Positions 1 through 9,855 of a stretch of 64,000 nt of DNA are shown piece by piece. The stretch is from Rebecca billardiae RCC1528 (Eukaryota > Protista > Haptophyta): positions 1,674,001 to 1,738,000 of the forward strand of contig OZ251226.1 of the NCBI GenBank assembly GCA_965240325.2, in the 5' to 3' direction. A program made the translations under genes and the position numbers. A model generated the notes under the pieces. That model was not told the origin of the DNA. It worked only from the letters and a program-made list of their open reading frames with translations, and ran no database searches. The stretch's first letter is position 1. The number at the start of each line of letters is the position of its first letter.

Positions 1-216
1 CCGACCGTGGACGCGAGCGATCGTGTCATCCGAGCCACGTATCGATCATCTGGTGTGCTCAAGCTGCCGTGGCGACCTCGCATCACGCCCTACGAGGCGC
101 ATGTCACGTGGACCGTGGACGATGGCGGCCTCATCGCAGAGCAGGCACAGACGTGGTCTGTGTCGGCGTTTGAGGCGCTTCGTGAGACATTCACGCCTGG
201 AGCCCTGTCGTCTTGA
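1..216 (+). CDS. 3' end of DUF2358/NTF2-like (SnoaL-like) protein, partial
   Basis: Frame open from the window edge to TGA at 214-216; LKLPWRPRI...TWTVDDGGLIAEQAQTWSVSAFEALRETFTPG resembles the C-terminus of algal/plant DUF2358 proteins. Confidence 0.55.
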   Translation, partial: PTVDASDRVIRATYRSSGVLKLPWRPRITPYEAHVTWTVDDGGLIAEQAQTWSVSAFEALRETFTPGALSS

Positions 217-457
217 TCTCGCGCGCGGGAGACTGCTGACTGGACACGGGCAGAAGTGCCGGTAGGTGTCGGTCTTTATCGGCAGGCGGTGCCGAGTGAT
301 GACGACACGCGGCCACCGGCCGCGGAGCCGCCAACTGGTGCGCCGTGCAGGCAGTGCAGGCGATGACGACTGCTGAGCAGTGATGATCAGAATTCAGATG
401 ACGAGCCGTAGCTAGCAATAGCTAGCAATAATACGTTGCTGGCAATCGATCGTCGAG

Positions 458-3053
458 TCATGCATATGATGACGATGATGTCGCTGCAGACGGCGGCGCT
501 CCTGGCGCGCCGGCCGGTGCAGCGGCAGCGGCCCGATCCGCGGCGGGCGCTGGGGCAGCGGCAGAGTGCGCGTTGCTGTCCGCTGTGGCCAGCTCGACCA
601 AGTGGCCCATCCCGGCAGCGCGCGCCGCGCTCACCAGCGGGTCGAGCCGCGGGTCGAAGTATGCCTCGCCATCGAAGAGCGGCTCGGCGCGGCGCCCGCC
701 GAGCGAGGGCTCGAGCAGGCCGAGGTCGACGACCTCGTCGAGCCACTCCATGTCCGCGGCCGACGCAGTCGAGACGAAGGCGATCTTGTCGCGCGTGACC
801 GGGTCGATGAACGGCGTGACGGCGTAGAAGGTGGCGGAGAAGAGCCGCGGCGCGTTGAACAGGACCGCGCGCGAGAGCCGCTCCGGGTAGTGCGCCTGCA
901 GGATGTTCAGAGCCTCGCGCGCGACGCTGAGCGGCATGGCGTTCTGCATCGAGTACCCGCCAAAGTCGATGAGCAGGAGCCACTTGCCCTCAGCCCCGTC
1001 CTCGCCGCTCCCACCGCCCGCGCCGCCGCGCTCGCCCCCCCCCGCTGGCCGCGCGAGGAGTGCAACGCACCGCTCCATCTGATACACGAGGTGCAGCAAC
1101 TGGCGCCGAGGCTCGGAGGAGTTCTCGGCGGCGGGGCGCATGAGGAGCACGGGCCGACCGGCGCGGTCGCGGATCGGCGCGACGAACGTCTTCCCCGTCG
1201 CCGCCTCCTCGCGCACCTCCGCCATCCTCGACAGCACCTCGTCCGCACCAGAGGCGCGGCGCCATGCGAGCGTCTCGCGGAGCGCCGCCGCTGCTGCCGC
1301 GACGTTGTGGCCGCGCGCGCGCAGGTAGCGCAGCAGGCACGCGTCATCGAGGGGCATGAAGGGCGGCGGCTGCGCATCCGCGACGGCCTCGCGCAGCTCG
1401 AGCAGCGCGCGCGCCTCCTGCTCCTCGCGCGACAGCTCGCGCCACGCCTCCTCCTCGCCACTGCCGCGCCGCGCCTCGGCCGCGGCCGCCTCGGCCACCT
1501 CGGCCGCGCTCAGCTCGCCGTCGTCAGCGCCCAGCGCGGCGAGCGGCTCGGTGAGCGCCTCGAGCGAGCCCGCGCGCGGCGCGTACGGCGCGGTGGGCAC
1601 GAAGGCGAGCGTGACAGCCAGGCCCAGCGCCGAGACCACGGCGCACATCGCGAACACCGGCGCCGGGCCGAGGTCATCGACAAGCGGACGGAACGCGGCC
1701 GCGGCGACGAGCGCGCCCGCCTTGCCCGCCGCGGCGCTCAGCCCATGGCAGACCGCGCGGTGCCTCGCCGGGTAGTAGCACGCGGGCAGGGTGAAGGTGG
1801 TGCAGTTCGGCCCGAAGTTGGAGAAGAAGAACGACGCGCCGTACACGCACACGAACAGCGCCGGCCGCGCGCGGATCTGCTCGAACCAGCGCGCCATGCC
1901 ACCATACACGAGTGCGCACGCGCCAAAGCCACCAGCCTGGGAGGGCGCGTGCGCGCGCGCGCGCGCGCAGGGGCCCGGGTGCGTGAGTGAGCGCGGCCGC
2001 GGCCGGCTGCCGTGCGGCCGCGTGCGTGCGCGGCGCCGCGCGGGCACGCACGCCCTGCCGGGGCGAGCCGCCGCCCGCCCGCCGCGCTCGGCGCAGGGGC
2101 GGGCGCGCAGGCACCTGAATGGCGCGCTGCGTGCGCAGGGAGTCACCGATGCACGCGATCGAGGCCCAGTAGCCGGGGAGGCCGAGAAGCGAGACGAAAA
2201 GGCTGGCGAGCGCGGTGCGCGTCAGCCCGGCGCGCGTGTGCGCCGCTTCGCTCGGCCCGAGCAGCTCCACAAAGTCAGCGGCGAACAGCCCGTTGCCGTA
2301 GAAGACGACATCGAACAAGAACCAACTGCCGGCCGTGCCGAGCAGCGCGCGGCCGTGCGTCACGAGCACGTCGCGGGCCCACTCGCGCACGGGGCGGAGG
2401 TGCTTGCGCGCCGCGGCGTACTCCAGCCCGTCAGACAGCCGCCAGCGAAGCGGCGCGGTGAGCACGAATGGCAGCGCGCCGCACGCGAGCACCACCCGCC
2501 ACACGGTGTCGAGTGGCACTCGCGAGCGCAGCAGCGCGAGCGCGAGCAGCGGCGCCGCGCAGTTGCCCACGCCCTGCATGCTGAAGACGGTGGCGAGTGC
2601 GCGCGACTTGCCGTTCGGCGACACCGACGCCGACGCGGCTTCCGCCGTGATCGTCGCGCTCAGCGGGTACTCTCCGCCGATGCCGACCCCGAGCGCCAGG
2701 CGGAAGGCGGCGAGCATCACAAAGACCGACATGTCGCGCCCGCCGACGGCGCGCACGCCGAGGCCGGAGAGCAGCGAGAAGGCGATGCAGACCATCATCG
2801 AGCCGAGGAAGCTCGCGCGCCGCCCGACGCGGTCGCCCGCCGCGCCAAAGCCCAGCTGGCCGGCGATGGTGCCGACCATGATGGCGCTCTTCACGAGCGA
2901 CTCGCTCCACGCGCGCGCGCCCGGGTAGACAGAGCGCAGGATGGTGGTGACTATGTTGATGACGAAGAGGTCATACGCGTCGGCGAGGAAGCCGACAGAC
3001 GCCGCGACCTTCACGAGGAGCGGCGGCGGCGGCAGGCCCGCGGCGCGAGCCAT
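458..3053 (-). CDS. PHT1/Pho84-like MFS phosphate:H+ symporter fused to C-terminal CRAL-TRIO (Sec14-like) domain; 2 exons (3053-2115, 1936-458)
   Basis: GFLADAYDLF, GQLGFGAAGDRVGRR, FRLALGVGIGGEYPLSATITAE, VFSMQGVG, GTAGSWFLFDVVFYG, FFFSNFGPNCTTF (PHT1 motifs). Phase-0 GT-AG intron 1937-2114 joins RAIQ to AGGF. The same exon continues into LDDACLLRYLRAR, DRAGRPVL, ILQAHYPERL, PFIDPVTRDKI (CRAL-TRIO). Confidence 0.85.
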
Positions 3054-3233
3054 GGCCGCGAAGACGGGCGATGGCCGCGTTTTCTGGCGGAGCGGCAGAA
3101 TGGCTGATGCCTCATGACAGCTTGCGGACTGGCCGGACTCTGCGTCTCTGCCCAGACGGTTCTGCCGCCCGGGCCGCCCGGCTCCGCCGCTGGGCTTTGA
3201 GCTTCTGCAGCTCAAAGCGCGCGCTGAGCCCCC

Positions 3234-3731
3234 ATGGTGGCCGGAACCGGCGCGGCTGAGCAGCCAGCTCTGGACATCGCGCGGAGGACACGCCTGACGC
3301 TCGTCGGCGGTTTGAGCATCCTGGCGGTAATACTTACGGTCCACACCGCACTCCACCATTATAAGCCGGCGCGCCCCGTTTCCATCGAGGACGATCGTTG
3401 CTCCGCAAGAGTCCGGAATGCGCTCACAAAACGTCCAGACCGTTGCAAGCATGCGCGCCTGGCGCATCGCTGTCCTCAGCTGTGCAACTCCCCCGCTGAT
3501 GTCGGGGATTCGCCGGCTGATCGTTGCTACCACGTCCACAACCATGGGTGCCCCTACCCGGGTAAATACCTGCCACCATCGGAGACGGATGATCGGCCAA
3601 CATGCTGCCTAGCACCGCACCTCTGGAGCTGCATGGACTTCGCCTATGCCGAGCAAGACAAATGCCATGGCATCGTCATCGACACCCTCCAACCCGAGAC
3701 ATTCATTTGCTGTCTCCGGATCACGACGTGA
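3234..3731 (+). CDS. Putative small Cys-rich membrane-anchored protein (ShKT-like Cys spacing)
   Basis: ATG ORF of 165 aa divergent from the transporter; hydrophobic LTLVGGLSILAVILTV; C..C..CPQLC and further Cys clusters; composition differs from GC shadow ORFs. Confidence 0.35.
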   Translation: MVAGTGAAEQPALDIARRTRLTLVGGLSILAVILTVHTALHHYKPARPVSIEDDRCSARVRNALTKRPDRCKHARLAHRCPQLCNSPADVGDSPADRCYHVHNHGCPYPGKYLPPSETDDRPTCCLAPHLWSCMDFAYAEQDKCHGIVIDTLQPETFICCLRITT

Positions 3732-4579
3732 CACCTTTCCTGCGGACGGCTCGCCACGGCCGGGTGTCGGCTCGCCATGCGCACGGCCCGCTCGGCGGGC
3801 GCCATTGGAGCGACTCGCCTGGTCGCCAGTCAGCAGGCTCATCGCGGGAGGCGCCGCACGCATCTTTTTACGGCATCTCCATGCGGGCGGCTGCCCGAAT
3901 CTGCGCCGCAACCCGCAGGCGATACCGTGTGGTTGCCGCCACGGGCACGCCGCCGACGGCCACGCGGTGCCAGGTGCCAACGGGCCGGGGCCGGGCCAGT
4001 CCCCCACGGGCACAGCCGCGCGCCGATGCCCGATTCGCATCTACCGGCCGATTCATCATCTGACTAGTGACTTCTGACTCTGCTGAGCAGTTATTACCAT
4101 ATTCATTATCCCGTTGCATCGCGATCGCAGTCGTATAATCGCGAGGCTATTCAGAAGGAATGCCCGCGGCGGTAGTGACCAGCTGCCCGCTTTATATATA
4201 TATACGCTTATTTAATAATTTATAATTAAGTCACCAGCGTTGCGGCACGGGCACGGCCGTCCACTGGCACTGTTGACCGAGTCGGGCGCGGCTGGCGCCA
4301 CCAATAGGAGCCCATCAAGGTAATATATATATATATATATAGTCGTATAGTAGGCTGTAAGTAACATCAGCAGTTTAGATAGCGCAAGTGTGACGCGCTG
4401 GAGTGAGAGTACCCACTCACCCCAGGCTGCCCTTGGTCCTGCCGACCTGCCACTGTGCATTCTGCAGCGCTCGCGCGGTCAGGGCTCAGACGGCCCGGCC
4501 GGTTCAACGCGGGACGAAGAAACGCGTACGCGCGTGGTGCAAGACTCGTCGCTCGGGTTCGGGGCGAAGAACAACGATC

Positions 4580-5035
4580 TCACGATTCGTCGTCCGCCCT
4601 CCGCGAAGGAATACGTGTCGTGCGTCGCGCACCGAATGCACCCATGGGCGACGGCTCGTAGAGGTACCGCTCAAAGTCAACGTAGTCGAGCGCGTCGGTA
4701 TCATCGTCCTCGGGGATGGGTAGGAAGCGATCGAGCGCGCGCATGACCAGGCGGTAGGCTGCGATGATGACCATGGCGAGACGAAGCCGCCCCAGCAGCC
4801 GCAGGGGTCGGAAAGAAGGTTTCCAAGCAGAGCGCGCGGCTGCTTGCCGTGCTGTGCGCTTTGCGCGGGGCGAGTCCGCCGTCGCCAGCGGCTCGAGCGC
4901 CATGCGCTCGCGAAGGGCGTCGATGACGCACTGCGTCCCGTCGTCCACCTCGCCACGTGCCACTGCAGCACGTGCGGGGTGTGCGGTCAGCCCTGTGAGC
5001 GCGAGCAGCGCGACGAGCGATGCACGTGGCGCCAT
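4580..5035 (-). CDS. Hypothetical small protein with signal peptide and one predicted TM segment
   Basis: MAPRASLVALLALTGLTAHPARA signal-like start, hydrophobic LAMVIIAAY, acidic DDDTDALDYVDFE patch. Confidence 0.4.
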   Translation of the reverse strand: MAPRASLVALLALTGLTAHPARAAVARGEVDDGTQCVIDALRERMALEPLATADSPRAKRTARQAAARSAWKPSFRPLRLLGRLRLAMVIIAAYRLVMRALDRFLPIPEDDDTDALDYVDFERYLYEPSPMGAFGARRTTRIPSRRADDES

Positions 5036-5172
5036 CGCGCACAGTCCGGGTAGAAAGGTGATGATGAATCAGGCTGTGCCTGCCTAATAACAATGGGCTA
5101 ATTCGCGTAGCTATGATGCGGGTAGACCCGGCGCGAAGGCATCGACGCCCTCGGGCGGAAAGAGGGCGAGGG

Positions 5173-7100
5173 ATGGCCACAACACCCTCGCCCGACGCCG
5201 CCCCCGACGTGGGGGCCGCGGGCGGCGGAAGGGGGCCGTGGATTCCAGCCGGTGCGCCGGTCCTGCAGCGCAGTCGGACGCCCGAGATCCCGTCTCCGGG
5301 CGCCGACGCGGGCATGCGCGGTGCCGACGGCTCGGGCCTGCTGCACTGGCTGCCGCCAGATCTGCGGCTGCTCGTGCTCTCGCGGCTGGGAGTGGGTGAC
5401 CTCGGCGCGCTGTGCGCCACGGGCCATGCGTACCGCACGCACGCTGACGATGTTTGGCGAGCGCTGTGCGCCCGTCGATGGTCAAGCGCCCGCGTCTCGA
5501 CGTGCACCATGCACACAGCGAGCGGCGACGCGGACGTCGGTGCAACGAGCTGGCGTGCGCAATACGGGCTGATGGAGCGTGCCGAGCGCGCGCTCTTGCG
5601 CGAGGCGAGCTCGTGCCAGACGGTCCTCGACCGCCGCTTCCCACCGGAGCACGGCCACATCCTGCAGAGCGACCTCGTGCTGTCGGCGTCGCTGGCCGCG
5701 GTCGTGTGCTCTGGCACGCAGCACAACCTGTGGCGGGCCTCGTGGGCAGCCGGCGTCGCGCAGTCCGAGCTCGACCACGTCTTCGTGTGGCAGCTGCCGT
5801 CAGGCGCGCCGCTCCCCGTGCTGTCTCTGCCGAGCGACCCGACCGGCCAGCAGCCGCCCGTCGTGCGCGCGCGCGGCTCTGAGCTTTTCGTGGCGCGCGC
5901 GGCGCACCCGAGCGTAGCTGTGTACGAGTGTGGCGGCGACGCGGCGCTGGCTGCCGCGCCGGTGCGCGAGCTGGTGGGGCACACGGGTGCGATCAAGGCG
6001 ATGAGCGTGGCCGACGACCTGATCGCGACAGGTGCGCCCGCGCGCCAGCGCCCGCGCGTACCCGCTTGCCCGCACACTGCGCCGCGCGGTGAGGCTGCCG
6101 TGCTCACGGCCAGCGCATGCGCGCCGCCCCTCGTCCCGCTGCGGCGATGCGACGCGCCGCGCAGGCTCAGAGGACAGCACGGTGCTGCTCTGGGAGCGCG
6201 CGAGCGGGCGTCGCGCCGCCGAGCTGCGCCCAGGCGGCGGCGCCGTCGTCGAGGTCCAGCTCGTCGGCGGCCGGCTGATTGTGCAGCACCTGTGCTCGCA
6301 CTCCGCCCGAGGCTCAGTCACCACCGTCTGGCGTGCGGACGAGCTCGCGGCGGCCGGCGGCGGAGGCGGTGGGTGCATCGCGCGGTTCGGCGGGTGGGCG
6401 TGCCTCGACCCGTCCGGCACGCGCGTCTACGTCCAAGACGGCGTGGAGCTCCACTGCCTGCACGCGCACACGGGCGCGCTGCAGCACGCGCTCGCGCGCC
6501 CCGCCCCGCTGGCGCACTGGTGTGCGAGCGCGATGGCGGCGAGTGCTGCCTACGTGCTCAGCGCTCTCAGCCGCGCGGACGAGGAGAGCAGCGACGAGGA
6601 GGAGGCAGGGGAGGGCGGCTCGGAGGGCTCACCGGGCGCGCACCGCGTCGCCGTCTGGCGCGCGTCCGACGGCTCGCACCTCGGCACCCTCGACGGGCTG
6701 CCCTGGGAGCCCGAGCTGCTTGCGCTGCACGGGCACGCCGCCGTGTGCGTTGCCTTTGACTCGCCGCCGCCGCACGCGCTTGCGTTCGACCTGAGCGCGC
6801 TGCCCGGTGCGCGCGCGTCGCGCGGCGTCGCGCTGCGTGCCTGCCCTCGCGCGCGGGACCCTGTGCCTCCTGACCCGCCCTGACCCGCCCCGCCCGGCCG
6901 GCGCGCGCCCTTGCCTCCCCCCCTGCGCAGGCCGGATGCCGAAGCCAGTTCCTATCAGCTTCCACGCGCCCGTGGTCGCGGCTGGGCTGGCCGGCACTCG
7001 GCTCGCGGCGGCTCTCGCGGACGGCGCTGTCGTGCTCACCGAGCTCGGCGTCGACGCGCCGCACGCGCTGCCGCGCAGCCCTGCGCCCAGCGCGCCCTAG
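5173..7100 (+). CDS. F-box/WD40-repeat protein; exons 5173-6031, 6165-6806, 6931-7100
   Basis: F-box LLHWLPPDLRLLVLSRL...DDVWRALC; WD40 ELVGHTGAIKAMSVADDLIATG/SEDSTVLLWE restored across intron 6032-6164; second GT-AG intron 6807-6930. Confidence 0.75.
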
Positions 7101-7997
7101 CCATGCCCCCGGCCATCGCCGCACCCAAGCCATACCATGCACATGTCCCCATCTTTCGTTCAACGGCGCCGCGCTGCCGCTGCCGCCCACGGCCCTCCTC
7201 GGCCGCTTGGCGCGCGGTGCCGCCCGCCATGCCCCCGCATGCCATGCCCATCCATCCATGTCTTTCATGATGCTCCCCCGCATGCCGACCTGCCGCCATG
7301 TCCCATGCACACTCTGGTCGCTTCCAGCCAGCGGTGCCGCCCATCCTCCATGCTCCATCTCCATGCCCATGAGCACGCATCCATGTCGCATACGCCGCTC
7401 GCGCAGCATCCAGCGCGTCCACGGCCGCCCACTGAGACTTGACTTTGAACGTTCGTTCGTGTCCATTGACTTCACGCGCATGCCCAGCTGCAGCTCGCCC
7501 GGCGGGCCGCCTGCGCCCTGGCCGCCTGCGGCACTCCGCGCAGACCGCGGGCCGCCGCCGAAGTCATGATGATGATCCCTCACTTCTTCACAGCCGAGCT
7601 GTTTGCTGTCTGAGCGGCGGTGACAAGGCGCCAACCACACGGGCACGGCAGCACCTGAGACGTGGTGACGCGCCGTGAACTCGAAGCCGCTCACTGCTCA
7701 GCCGCCCGAGCCCAGCGTGCCACATCCCCATGGCATGACCATGACGTCAGACGTGCCGCCATGAAGTGATGAACTGATGAGTGATGATGACGACCACCCA
7801 TGCCATACTGCCAGTCAGTGTCAGCAACCGCTCCTGATGAGGCTCCTTCGCGGACCAGTTGATGAGTCTTAAAAACTCTCATCAAAGCGTCGTCGTTGAC
7901 TCGGTCACTGAGTCACTCGGTTGATCACTGATGATCAGCACGAGCGGTACACGCGCGGATTTTATTTTCAAAAAGAAATCACCGCGAGCAATTCACG

Positions 7998-9236
7998 ATG
8001 GCGGCCCACGACAACAGCTCCGCGGCTTGGGACGCCACGAGCTTCGACAGGTGGTACCCGCGCTTTCGACGGGTGTCGCCGCGCTCGGAGATCATTCAGC
8101 TCTCGCCCGACTTTGTCGAATACCTCCTCGACGAGCGCATCTTCCTCCCGGGCGACGACGACAGCGAGGCCGCGTGGAGCGACGACGACGGAGACGAGCA
8201 CCAAGCGAGCGGCGACAAGGAGGAGCCAGATGAGGATACTGCCGAGGCTCTCGAGCGGCTGCGCAAGCTCGACTTCTCCCCGCTGCTCGCGGACATCGAT
8301 GCGGCGATCTCGCGGCTGGGGGGGAGCGCATTCGTCAAGATGAATTGGAGTAGCCCGCGCGACGCTGCCTGGGTCCTTGGCGGCTCGCTGCGCTGTGCGA
8401 GCGCGCGCGATGTGGTCATGCTGCTCAAGAGCTCGCAGCACATCGCACACGACCTACGCAGCGCCCCGCCCGCGCGAGACCGTGCGCAATCCCCTGCCGC
8501 GGCCAGGCGGGCGTGGGTGCTCGTGCTACGGACGTGGTGCCAGCTGCAGCCCGCCAACGAGTTCCGCTGCTTTGTATCGGCGGGGGCGCTGCTGTGCGCG
8601 AGCCAGCGCGACCGGTACACGCGGTACGCGCACCTGCACGATCGGCGCGAGCAGCTTGCTCGCACGCTGGCGGCATTCTGCGCGGACGTCCTCGGGCCGG
8701 CGTGCGCCCGTGCCGGCTCATCGCGCGCAGACGCCCCGGCTGACACGCCGGCTGCGGCCGCGGAGCGCGCGCTCGGCGTCGAGCGCGTCGTCGCAGACGT
8801 GTACGTGGACGCGGGAGGCAAGGCGCACCTCCTGGACCTGAGCCCCTTCGACGAGTCGACGGACCCGCTGCTGTACACCTGGGCCGAGGTGCTCGGCTTG
8901 GCAGCCGCTGCCGACACCGAGCTCAGCGCAGCTGGGGATCGCATCGCGCGTGTCCCCGCGCCCACGCTGCGACTGCTCGATGACGGCGGCGCGGGCGTCC
9001 AGCCCTCTCCGACAATCTACATGGGCGTGCCTTTGGAGCTGCAACCACGCGGTGCGGCCGAGACGGAGCAGAGCGCGGCGGACAGCGAGCCCCCACGCGG
9101 CGCGTCTGCGGATGGTGGGGTCAGCTCTGCGGTGGACCTCATGCGCGCAGCGGCCCTGAGAGACGCCGGAGCCTCGTCAGACTCCGAGGACGACGCAGTG
9201 CTGCCAGTGGCCGGCGGTGGCCGGCTTGATCCTTGA
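7998..9236 (+). CDS. CDC123: Cell division cycle protein 123 (D123 family, ATP-grasp eIF2 assembly factor)
   Basis: SFDRWYPRF, FVEYLLDERIFLP, FVKMNWSSPRDAAW, LLKSS, EFRCFV, ASQRD, DVYVD, TDPLLYTWAE; single exon. Confidence 0.92.
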   Translation: MAAHDNSSAAWDATSFDRWYPRFRRVSPRSEIIQLSPDFVEYLLDERIFLPGDDDSEAAWSDDDGDEHQASGDKEEPDEDTAEALERLRKLDFSPLLADIDAAISRLGGSAFVKMNWSSPRDAAWVLGGSLRCASARDVVMLLKSSQHIAHDLRSAPPARDRAQSPAAARRAWVLVLRTWCQLQPANEFRCFVSAGALLCASQRDRYTRYAHLHDRREQLARTLAAFCADVLGPACARAGSSRADAPADTPAAAAERALGVERVVADVYVDAGGKAHLLDLSPFDESTDPLLYTWAEVLGLAAAADTELSAAGDRIARVPAPTLRLLDDGGAGVQPSPTIYMGVPLELQPRGAAETEQSAADSEPPRGASADGGVSSAVDLMRAAALRDAGASSDSEDDAVLPVAGGGRLDP

Positions 9237-9459
9237 CTGACAAGGGACAGTGCGACGTTGACTGACTACCGAGTACCGTTCGGACACGGACCGGACTGAG
9301 TGCCGCGACCGATCGTCTAAGACTTACGCCGGACTGGGCATTATTGGGCACTATCCCGTCGTTGAATGACCGGCGGAATCCGCGCGGGGCCCCGCCGGGA
9401 GCCCTGTGACTGTGTACACTCAGTACAGTCCGATGTGGCGTCGAACTGTTACTGAATCG

Positions 9460-9461
<2 letters not shown>

Positions 9462-9498
<37 letters not shown>
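9462..9498. repeat. (TA)n microsatellite
   Basis: Pure TA run. Confidence 0.95.
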
Positions 9499-9501
<3 letters not shown>

Positions 9502-9855
9502 ATATTCTGTAATTAATAAAACGGGCGTCGCCGATTACATCCTCGGACCATCACGGAGAATCACAATCATTGCGCCATTCATCCCGCAAGTCTATCCCGG
9601 CGACTTGACACGAGACGGTCCGCCAACGCACATATGGCTTCGGACAGTCCGACGACCAGTGCGCTGTGCGCAGTGGCAGCATGAGTCAGCCCTGACCCAG
9701 CGGCAGGGCCAGGCGGCCAGGCGCCATCTTTGTTTTCTCCGAAAATTGATGCCTCGGGCGAAAAACCATTTCTTCCCGTCAAAGAGCCAGCAAGAGGGAG
9801 GCCGTTGCGGCGGCTGCAGGGTGGCCGCGCCGCGCACGGGCCGCGCGCCGACGCC

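Noticed and set aside
3054-3545. N-terminal extension of the transporter ORF
   Set aside because: Non-ATG start, no transporter similarity; ATG 3053 sits just before TM1
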